Assembly: GCA_002633005.1 (NCBI GenBank)
Contig: NMRA01000317.1
Location: forward strand, 361,366 to 425,365
Length of the DNA stretch: 64,000 bases
Direction: 5' to 3'
Source of the DNA: Phoronis australis
Lineage: Eukaryota; Animalia; Phoronida
The notes under the pieces are model-generated. The model made no database searches. It worked only from the letters and a program-made list of their open reading frames with translations, and was not told where the DNA came from. Below are positions 1 to 11,200 of the stretch, piece after piece (the first letter of the stretch is position 1; every line of letters starts with the position of its first letter). The translations under genes and the position numbers were made by a program.

Positions 1-306
1 TAACCTCGACAGCCGTGGCCGAGGAAAACTGACGTAACAAAAGTGTGTGGTGCTACAAAAGTATTAATGTCAGGCTGTGCTTTGCAACTTGAACGGCATT
101 GAGACAATGAAGAACAGAATTCATGCATCCCTTTTTCATTGTATGTCTACAGACAGGGACGCGAGTCACCACCACTGCCCACCTAGATCAGACAGTTGGT
201 GCTTCTACTGTTGTGCTCAAGCTGAGAGAACTGATCCACCACCCCATGAACAGGCAGTCGGGCATCTTCTTTCTGTTGATGTAGTTATTAAAATATGTCC
301 TCTGTT

Positions 307-2492
307 TGTCATGAATTCTCATGATGATCAAGTGAAAGTGGATCATATCCTGTTTTTTCATTGAACTCTGGCAAAAGGAAAAGTTGTTACATAATAGTTC
401 CTGTGAGTAGTGACCTCAGCATATCAATGTTATTGTTTCAGTGCATCTGGTTGTCTGGTAAACAAGTCACTTTCCATATATGACATGCCAGGAAGAGAGA
501 TTGTGGAATTCCATTCATATAGGTTTACTATTTGTGTTGACATTAAAGGAACTGACTCAAATACACCCAAAACCCACACATATTTTGAGTTGCTATATAT
601 ACTGTAGTTAGAGCCAATAAACTTTTTGTGTTCTTATAGCCTTCAATCGATGTAGTCAGTTTTTATCTCCATCTAGCTAGCAAAGAACCTGTTAGACTCC
701 ACAGCAATCTCCAACCTCAACAAATACCCTACATTGGTTGGTGCCAAGTGACCCGAGAGGGGGAAACTCATGAACAAGAGGAGAGCACAAAGCGGCAAGA
801 TCACTCAAAACCTTGCCGCCGCACGTGATATTCTACAGCAAGAGAATATTACCACCGAAGAATTTGATGCAGTCAATGCACATTTTCAACTCTGCCACGA
901 CAAAGTCAAACTACTAGACAAGCTGGACGACGACATCGCCGACACCACCCCAACGACAGACATCGAAGCTTTTTATGAAGAGTCGGCTGAGTACTTCGAC
1001 AACATCAACATGAAACAATTGAACCTGAGACAACAACGAGACAAGAAGCAAGGTGTCACAACCTCCCTCCCAATGGCAGGAAGTATGGATTTGTGCGATC
1101 TGCAACGATCAACACAAAGGGTGGATACACAAATCGCCCCATTGCCAAATTATATCCATTGGAGGTAAACTATAAGGGTGGATCAGATACTAGTGAACAG
1201 ACTGACACTGAATGTGAATCAAACCAAGATACTGTCCTTGATAGACCAAGTCGTCAAACCTCGCAATTGGCAATGGACAAAATTCGAAACCAGCTTGCTC
1301 ACCAAGAACAAGATGAACAATTAGTGTAAACATATCAACTAGTGTAGTTCAAGCGTAACCTGATTATGATGATTAGTTGCATGCTTTTTATTCTAATTTG
1401 ATGTGTGGTTTTTGGTGCAAAATCAGTGGATTTTAAAATTCGAATATTTCAACATTTTTGGCCAGCGGAGTGTCATGAATTCTCATGATGATCAAGTGAA
1501 AGTGAATCATATCCTGTTTTTTCATTGAACTCTGGCAAAAGGAAAAGTTGTTACATAATAGTTCCTGTGAGTAGTGACCTCAGCATATCAATGTTATTTT
1601 AGAGCACCTGGTTGTCTGGTAAACAAGTCATTTTCCATATATGGCATGCCAGGACGAGATTGTGAAATTCCATTCATAAAAGTTTACTATTTGTGTTGAC
1701 GTCACAGGAACTGGCTCAAATACACCCAAAACCCACACATATTTTGAGTTGCTATATATACTGTAGTTAGAGCCAAAAAACTTTGTGTGTTCTTATAGCC
1801 TTCAATCGATGTAGTCAGTTTTTATCTCCATATAGCTAGCTAAGAACCTGTTAGACTCCACGGCAGTCTACAACCTCAACAAATACCCTACATTTGTTGG
1901 TGCCAAGTGACCCGAGATGGAGAAACTCATGAACAAGAGGAGAGCACAACGCGGCAAGATCACTCAAAACCTTGCCGCCGCACGTGATATTCTACAGCAA
2001 GAGAATATTACCACCAAAGAATTTGATGCAGTCAATACACATTTTCAACTCAGTCACGACAAAGTCAAACTACTAGACAAGCTGGACGACGACATCGCCG
2101 ACACCACCCCAACGACAGACATCGCAGCTTTTTGTGAAGAGTCGGCCGAGTACTTCGACAACGTCAACATGAAACTATTGAACCCGAGACAACGACGACA
2201 CAAGAAGCAAGGTGTCACAACCTCCCTCCCAATGGCAGGAAGTATGGATTTGTGCGATCTGCAACGATCAAAACAAAGGGTGGATATACAAATCGCCCCA
2301 TTGCCAAATTATATCCATTGGAGGTTAACTATCAGAGTGGATCAGATACAAGTGAACAGACTGCCACTGAATGTGAATCAAACCAAGAGACTATCCTTGA
2401 TAGACCAAGTCGTCAAACCGCGCAATTGGCAATGGACAAAATTCGAAAGCAGCTTGCTCACTAAGAACAAGATGAACAATTAGTGTAAACAT
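307..2492 (+). mobile_element. Miniature non-autonomous BEL/Pao LTR retrotransposon in tandem (LTR-internal-LTR-internal, 3' truncated)
   Basis: LTRs TG...CA at 307-733 and 1471-1892. PBS-like TGGTGCCAAGTGACCCG follows each LTR; purine-rich GCCAGCGGAG precedes LTR2. The internal region is a Gag N-terminus (KRRAQRGKIT...LDKLDDDI) joined to the integrase C-terminal DUF5641-type motif (GFVRSATIKTKGGYTNRPIAKLYPLE). Confidence 0.88.
1917..2483 (+). pseudogene. BEL/Pao gag N-terminus / integrase C-terminus deletion remnant (copy 2; copy 1 at 770-1329)
   Basis: ORF track peptides in two overlapping frames; protease, RT, RNase H and integrase core are absent. Confidence 0.75.
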
Positions 2493-4770
2493 TGAGTGCG
2501 CAGTAGCTGTGGCATGCTTTAAATTTAATGAGGGTGCTAAGTACCTAAGTACCTAAGTACTTAACCAAAGTCATGGAAAGTCTGTCTGCGCAGGCTCTTG
2601 AACTTACTCGTATTGCTGTACATCAAGAGGATGCAGCACAAGTTCGAAACACTGATAAACGCTCGGCTGAGAAATATCAAGGAAATTGTCGAGCTCGATT
2701 AGCCACGAGAAATCACGAATTATCTCAGCAGGAAAACCAGGAATGAGAAACTTATGGTGCTGGGATGAACATTGACTAAATTGTATTAAAAAGTTAAAGG
2801 AAAACAGTGAATTATATCATATAAAATAGGATGTGACTAGGAAAAATGAAGCACCAAGTTTCTTGCGTTTCTCAAAATGTACATTTTTTGCTAAGAAATG
2901 TTGTAAATAAACAACTATTTGAGCTATACCTATGGAATTTGGCATGTACTATCTTTGCATACTCTATAAAACTACAGAAGCATTTTATAGAAATTTCAAG
3001 AGAAAAAAACATGATTCTTAAAATATAAATAAATTTTCCCCCATTTTTGTTCTGCAAGATTCAGTACCGCATAAAAAATTAACTGATGAGAAATTTCAAA
3101 TTTCCTTCTGTAGTTTTATAGGTCTTTAGTTTTAGAATCATTCAAAGAAGAGAGATCAGAAAATATCCAGAGGTTAACGAGTTATAACACTTCTCTTATA
3201 ACACTTCTCGTGGACCTATTGATATTACATAATTTGGTAATTTCCATGGCAACCAAATTTTTTTTCTCAAAATGAATGTTTTCATGATTTAAATATCACA
3301 AACAACATCTCCAACAATTTTTATTGAAATCCATCAACATTTGATAAAATACTGCCATCTCTCAATTTGAATAGTACGTAAAATATAATTGATGAATTAC
3401 GAGCCACAGGTTTTCAGTTCAATACTTTAACCACATAGGACAGCCAATCATGGCACTTGTCAAAACGCCGGATGGTAAAATTGGGAATAAAAAAGGATCG
3501 TGCAATGTGGAATCAGGCACACGGTCAGACACAACTGACAAATAGGGTGGTTGAGCACCTCATTTAGTAGAAAGAAAAAGAGTGGAAGTCAGTAACATTA
3601 CAGTGATGTGAAAAGTCAGGGAAAAGTGCAATGTGCCAGGACTCCCGAATTTTTACCAAGAACATTTGTTGGGAAAGCTACAGGCAAATAACATACTGTG
3701 TAGTCTTTTATAGCTGCAAGAAATCAGCATGTGACAAAAAAGATTTTGAATTAGACAAAAACTATATCCACCAGCTAGGCCGACAACAAGAAGAAGCCAC
3801 CATCTACAGGCCACTGTCAGCTCCTTTCTCACCTGTATCTCCAGAAAATTTCTAACACGGAAGCATGCCCGTTAACTAGTCAAATAGTTTTTAGAAATGG
3901 TTCAAGGCGTGCAAATCCAATATGTACCTCTGAAGCTGTAAAAGTTTGACATCATGAAATAGGTTTGTGTGTAATGTGGTTATCAGTAGGGAGTTTGGTA
4001 CATTTTTGTAAATACTTGTTAACTGTGAACTGTCCCACCACAACTTTACTGCAAGGTTATACTGGTCTGATGGGGAAACATCTCGTAACTTGTGGAACAC
4101 AATATGGCCACCAAGTGAATCTTTCAATGATGACAAGACAGAGTGGAAGGGCTCAGGTCAACTGAACCTCATGCACTTGAGCAACATATACTCATGGCTA
4201 GTGATGATGTCTACAACATCACAAAGGGGGTGATACTTGTTGCTCAGAGCAAATATTAACAGCAAATGTTTGAAGGCATTACCAGTGAAGGGGAATTCTC
4301 TAGTAAGCCCACAACCTTATTGAGGCAACCACTCATCTTGATGTTGTCTGTTCTGTTTGGTGTGCTGAACATCAACATTTAGAACAAAGTTTAGCAACCT
4401 GGGTATTTAATGTTCCATCTACACCCTAGTAAAATATGTCTGAACATGGCTGAATGAATGACACACTGATGAACACTACCAAATTCCTCAACAATTATTC
4501 GTTCACTAAAGAACACAATTTGCTTCTGATACTCCTAAATGAGACCTTCTCAATGACAAATGACAGTTTAATGAATTTGCATTACCACTGGAACCAATAT
4601 GAGCAATCTCATTGACAACAGCCAATTAGTGTTGCCACTTGCCATGATATAACCACCAGGTCATAGCTCAGCTCACCCAACATTCTGGGTAATCCTGTAT
4701 TAGCTGCTACATAATGTTCCCCTAAAACTGCATAATCTACAACGAGGTCAGGCTATGGCTTCACACACCA

Positions 4771-4830
4771 TGAAGTTAAATAACCCTGTGTGTAACTTCA
4801 TGAAGTTAAACAACCCTGTGTGTAACTTCA
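4771..4830. repeat. 2 x 30-bp tandem repeat, each unit a hairpin (TGAAGTTA...TAACTTCA)
   Basis: Read directly; the two units differ at one base. Confidence 0.9.
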
Positions 4831-5122
4831 GATGTCCCTGACTACTGCAAGCTCTTTACCGAGATCATACAATGGATCAACATACAACGCGCCTTTTACG
4901 TATCCGTTATTTCAACTACAGCAGTGTGCCACCAACCAATGCATGCACTCCGCAGAGGTCGTGTTATGACTTCACTCATGGCCTGTGTAGTCAAAAACTT
5001 TCTGTGATCAGTAGCTATCGGCTATCACCAATCCCCGCGAGGTCTCATCAGATCTCATACTTGACTCACCGTTTCTTCAGCAAACCTTCAGGACTACTTT
5101 ATATTTTGATAACTACGGGGTG

Positions 5123-5254
5123 TCACCGGTCACTACGAGCCCTCCACAGAGGTCGTGCTACCGTCTGATTTACCCTCTCCACACTAATCAACTCTTCACA
5201 GTTACCCTCAGCACCGTAATGTTCCAGCAGTTCAGCTATCGCTCTTTCCTCTAT
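5123..5254 (-). CDS. IBTK: IBTK terminal coding exon 23
   Basis: IEERAIAELLEHYGAEGNCEELISVER...PLW..*; matches the recalled IBTK C-terminus (IEEHAIQDLL...EEFVIVER...PMW); ttccag acceptor. Confidence 0.93.
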   Translation of the reverse strand: MEERAIAELLEHYGAEGNCEELISVERVNQTVARPLWRARSDR

Positions 5255-8200
5255 CTGGAATGGATTGAAATGAAAGTTAAACATTCGCCTCCTATGAAAT
5301 AAATGCCCAGCAAAAACCAACATGTAGTTAAAATAGAACTGCGAACATGAACTTTTATCAGCAAAATGAACAGGTCATGGTAAAATCAAGAGTTCATTTT
5401 CAGGCTCCCCTACAGATTCATTAGATCAAGTAACAGCCAATCTTGGGTACACTCAAATTGATTTCATAGAACCCAGCCATTGAGAGGTCTTGCTTGTGCC
5501 AGTTTGGGTACACTCTTTCATTTCACAGTACCCAAGGTTAGTGACAAATCTGCTTATTTGGGTACACCCATTTCACTGTACTGTAGCAAAAGCCAGTGAC
5601 AAATCATTGACGGATTTGGGTATCAGTGGACACCCTGAATACAACATTGCTTGTGTGAGTAACTAAGTTCACATGACTCCAACTAACCACTGACAAATCT
5701 TTATACGTGAGAGTATGAAGAGCCAGAGCAATGGCAAGCTTAATTCAGATGAACACCAAGACACAAGTTGTACCATAATACAGCCTGTCTAAGGACAAGC
5801 GTATAAAACCTTTAAAAAGCTGTCGCTTGGTAGTGCATGGTTACTTGTGTTTAGAAAAATACACATTACGAACTTTCAAAGTTTATTTCAGAGTGATCAC
5901 CTTCACCAAAAAAAGACCATGAACACTTCAAATGTCTAGCTACAGTGTAAATAAATTAACATTAGCTTCATTTCTGCTATTTGCAAAGTTGTGTTTTGCT
6001 CGACTTACATTCCACAGTTCAAGTAACATTACTAATGTGTCCTGGTTGTAACTATCTAAGTATTTACATTTTGTCTCATACTTCCCAAGTTTTCATATAC
6101 CATAAATCTATAACTCGTGCAAATTACGAATTATCTATCTATTATATAAAATGTCGTTCACACAAACTCCATCTCCACTGCTCCACCACAGGTCTTTGTT
6201 GCGCCCGTTCTGGCACCGGCCCCCTATTTAGATTCCACATATTTTTTGTGGGCTGTTTTTTTCATGGATGCTGAGGGAGGGTGGCCACTTTTGTACAGTC
6301 CGTCGGTTCAACGGCGTGGGTGACGGCGTGGACTTCCGTCGCGTATAGGTGAGTGTTAGTTGATTCCGAGATTCTGCATGCATCCCGCAGGTCCTTAACT
6401 ATACATGTTGATAATAGTTACATGACAAAGTGACAAGCTGAGCTACCTGTGTTGTGAGTAATTTGGGTGTCTAACGGAGCTCAAAAACAGTTACCTAGCT
6501 GTAAGTTGACGATGATAGTCTTCATACAGATAACTGGCTTTCTACCATATGTACATTTATGATGTGACTTTTGTAAACATTGAGTACAACACCGTATTTT
6601 AAATGCTGATTACCATACATTATCAGTGTCAAATGTTCGGGGAAAATAAAAATATTTGTACTGCCTGGGAAAGGAATTCCGCAGCCACACCCCTTGCCTA
6701 AATCTGACAGAAATTCTGATTGAAGCTTTAAAATAAATAAATATCCCAGTCTCCAATGAATAAGCTATGTTCACTTCTAGCTATTCCCTCTCGGCATTTC
6801 CCATATACTAGCTGCTAACCGTGCAAAAGCATGGGTAACGGCTAGTTTGATTTAAAAGCAAAAACATCTACATGATATCTATGAACCACAAACAACTAAA
6901 TTAATCATCCAGCACTGGCACAAAATCGGTTACCAATATCTGTTTTTCCAGTTATATTCCCAATTTTCAAATTTAAACACAGGTTCCATACAATTTGCGT
7001 GTGTCATCAACAAGAATCCTATACAAATCATTTTGGGACATAGTAAGAGCAAGTATACAAGATAGTTTTATAGCCGAAGTACCAAATGTTGATCGTCTAA
7101 CCTGTCCTTTACCTTTTCAATTTCTACACAGACCACCAAAATATTTTGCAAAAAGGTGGACGGAATCTGACCACGGTACAAAATTGATGACACTCAAAAA
7201 TCATCTATTATAAGTTGAAATCAGGAGTACCTGGGCTACTGGTACCAAAATCATATGGATCTTGGGCAATTTTAGCCATTGCCAGCGTCAACCTTCATCG
7301 ACACCCCAAATGTAACTAACACCATCATGTATGGTAACCTCCTCCTCATTGACACTAACAAGTCATGTCATCTTCAACACCAGTGTCCACAAATATCAAC
7401 ATTCTCTCCCTCAATAATCAACCCTTCTTGAATCACTATCATGCTGACAAACTTATCCATAGATAATCCAGTTATGGCAAAAGAATTACATCCAACTCTC
7501 ATCCATTAGCATGCCTGTTTTAGCTTCATCTGTTTAGTGGCTTGTTGACAGTACTCAAGCAGTTGATGAGGGATTTTATTTTCGAAACATGTAGTTCAGG
7601 CCTCTTTTTAGGAGGCGTAAACAAACCACTTAAATAAGTATAAAGGGGGATTTAACTAGTTAGGAATGACTCTGAAAGTGACAAAAAATCGAAAATACAC
7701 GTTTTTATTGTAGTTCGTTTTCTTAAAATATTGTATTTTTTAATTTTCAAAAAATCGAATTATAACTCAAAATTTTTTTTTTCAAAATGCGCAGGAATTA
7801 TCACCAACTATTTCCTTAAGCAATGTTCTACTTATCCATACCACATATATGTGCAAAATCATGATCTTGATTTTGTGGCATTTTTTGCGTGCGAGTTGGG
7901 GCAAGCACGCCACTTTCTGTCATTTGGTCACATTCCGGCTAATAACTAAAAATCTGGTCCATGTATCAAAAAACCCTGGCACCCGATTTTACTTCAGTTC
8001 TAGAGGATTTCAAATTTGCAAATTTCGTAAAAATTGACCCACGTGTTGCGGAAAAATAGGCCCGAGAATCTTGTCACTACCCTGAAATCACGAGCCGAGA
8101 AAAACGGCAGACCTGTGTACCACCCAAACTGCATTGGAGTACTCCGAACGCCACGTACAGACCAAATTTACTTTCACTATCTGATCGACTAAAAAAAGGA

Positions 8201-11200
8201 GGGGGCTTTGCTTAGCGTTCAGACCTTTCGCGCCGAATTCTTGCCTCTTTAGAAGACTTTTGTCTTGTTTCCTCGGACTTTCGGTTTTGGGATTCATTCA
8301 ACCCCCAGGGTACGCGTATAGGTTCTTTTCATACTTGCTTGCCTCTCAAACACTTTCTAAAACACACGTAGTGAATTGATCACCAATTTTCAGAATAACT
8401 TAAGTTGTTTAGTTGAGGGACAACGCGCATAGTGAAAAGGCCCTGTGTTGGTGGGGGTGGGGTGTTGGTGGGGGTGGGGTGGGGTGGGCCCCTTAATCTG
8501 CCTACGTCTTGCACACGCAAAATTTTCTGAACTGACTCCTCAAGCTGAGTGCAGTGGCCCTAGCTTCGGTAGGTCTCAGTGTACTCAACTTAATTTTTTT
8601 GCAGATAGACAAACAGGCTCAGGCTCGGTACAGGAGTTCACCATCAACTTTCACATGATCAAACATAGAATTAGTTTGTTTTTGGCCTCCTACAACATCT
8701 ATATCAGCTCGTACAGCACTCTGGATTACCCGGTTATGCAATGTTTGTTGACAGGGTTAAGTGCCGTTAACACCTCAAAAGTTGACACGGATCAGCTGAA
8801 CGAGTTGTTCCAATGTGTAAATGGGACTGACACGGAGCAAATTAACACCACGGTGACAAATTTTGTCACCCGTTTATGAGGTAGAGCAATTTGCGCTCGA
8901 ACATCTTGCTCCCTGTCAATTATACGTAAAAACACGAAACTGGGGCAAGGCGGAAAAGATCATCTCTACTGCTCTTGCCTAATGACCTACATACGGGTTC
9001 TTTGTCTCTGCAACTCTCGTCATTTGTAAACCTGCGCATGTGCGACCCAGTCTCTCCAGCCTGCAATTTCTGTCTTGCCACGGTTAGTGAGTTGTGTGAG
9101 TAAACGGCCGCTTGACACAGGTCAATTTGCTCCGTGTCAGTTGCGCAGGCCAAAACTTGATGTCTAAACAGGACTCTAGATTAGAGCAAATGTCCTTGTA
9201 TAAGCTCCGCTCCACTTGAGCTGGTGAGCAGTCAAGCCATACTGAAGCTTGATCAAATATCACTAAAAAACAACTTTGGATTTTCAGAATGAATTTATTT
9301 TTCTTCACTATACTGTGCATCAAGAATTGAAAGAATAGGATGACTTAAAAATGTAAAAAACAGTCAAAAATTAATTTTTTGTGTATCCACCTACCTTAAG
9401 AGGCTGGAGGGTTATTGTTTACAATCCGACTCCATTACCGTACATACTTGATACTACTATTTTCTGAATCCTCTAGTCATGGTGATTCCAAAAATGTATT
9501 ACTTGTACTGATTGGTCGATTATTATTCACACTTTCCGAGTTTTTCCAAAGCGTTCATTTGCAACGCGGATTTAGTGAAGCAGCCATTTTTAAAAGTGGG
9601 ACCCCTGTCGGCAGGATTGATAACTAACGGTTAACTGCGAGATGTCAAGTGTTTTCGAAGACGACATTTGTCCGCGAGAACACATCTTAATGTTTTCTCT
9701 AATGAAGTTTTGAAGAGGAAATCCTTTATAAATGACTATTACTGTTTTTTACTCAGAGTTTCCCTAACATGCCACACAGAATCTTCAACATGCTCGCCAA
9801 TTTTGGGGTCCTTTGACACACGCATGATCATTGTAGTTATCATTCCTGCTGACAGGTGTCGCAGTTTTATAATGGCGGTCACTCAAGATCGGCTGCCGCA
9901 AATGAACACCTCGGAAAAACGGTGAATGCGTGAATAAAAAGAGCCTAATCAGTACGAGTAATACATTTTTGGAATCACCATGATCACCCTGACGAGAGGA
10001 TTCAGAAAATATTAATATCAAGTATGTACGTTAATGGAGTCGGATTGTAAACAATAACCGGCTCGAGTGATTACCCTAACATTTTCTGAACTAAATGCTC
10101 CATTCAGTGACTTTTCAAATAAATATAAAAAATGGAACCCCATCAAGCGGTAAAGAATGTTAATTGTCTGATACTTACAAAGGTGTATTCCGCTGTCCGG
10201 CAAGTGAGTAGCAACATATTCTTCTCCATCTGGTTAGTTTTTGACCATTCACATGAATGAAGACATCATTGCCTTTTTGACAAAGTACTTCTTTGACACC
10301 ATGTCTGCACCACTTGTTACTAACAGTATAGTTCAAATCAAGTTATCTAACTTCTCTCATATTTTGGAGGAACATGTGCTATTGGCCAAGGGCCCCAGCA
10401 GAACACTTCTAGACTGTGCTCATCCCAGGCTCAGATAGACTTGTTAAATGACTTTGAGTTCCAGGCAATATTGAGTGCCTTTTCAGGTTATGTAACACCA
10501 TACTATACATTACATGAACACAATCAAGTCAGTGTCACACACTGAGTACTGAATACCAAAGTAATGTGTATGCCAGCTAATCAACAAAGGCTAAATTGAA
10601 ACCAGTGCTTGGGCATGACACAGTTTGTTTTTATTCTGACAATCACCTTTGTTATTGGTGAAGTTTGAAAATATTTCACTGACCTTACAAACATTCTGCA
10701 AAGAAGATTTTACAGAATTTTGCTTCTCACCTAAAGACAAGTCTGAACACACGGATATGGAAGATGAAACTTTCACTTCTGGAAAGTAACTGTTTTTAGT
10801 TGTGTCTATTAGTTTCTGATAAACATTTTCACAATGTGATCAGCAATCCTGCTGAGGAAAGTGTGTGTACCTAATTATGAAAAGTTGGCAAGGTATGGGA
10901 TTTTGAAAAGTGGAAAGGAAAAGTTTTGGCAATTGTTTACTGAACCTTGTGAGATTTTGTTATACATAACATGTTGGTGCTGTAAAAAGGTGTGATAAAA
11001 AAAGACATTTATATACAACAATGCAATGTCTTGCAATACAAACCAATATGAAACTTCTGCTATAGTATAATCTAACCAATTTGGACAAAAATAATAGCCC
11101 ATATCACCTTTTTGTTTTTCAAAGTCTTCTATCATTGTTGTGAAAGTCCGTAAAGAAATTTCCAGTCTGTCACGATGTATTCTTAGTAGGTGAAGATTTA

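Larger units (their letters stand above)
1..3430 (+). mobile_element. Decayed DDE DNA transposon, 3' part (Kolobok/KolobokP-type; protein family often labelled 'Mutator-like transposase'), interrupted by an LTR element
   Basis: 1-306 encodes RGRGKLT...LQKY...MKNRIHASLFHCMSTD..HHHCPPRSDSWCFY. 2491-2778 resumes IECAVAVACFKFNEG...ENQE*ETYGAGM with stops and frameshifts. An AT-rich terminal block follows, ending in TTAA (3427-3430). Confidence 0.7.

Noticed and set aside
3891-4730. Protein-like minus-strand stretches downstream of IBTK
   Set aside because: Many stops and no recognisable motif; cannot be told apart from 3' UTR or flank without a search
8446-8492. G-rich tract with G-quadruplex potential and a 144-aa ORF
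   Set aside because: Low-complexity tract inside a probable TE; nothing suggests function
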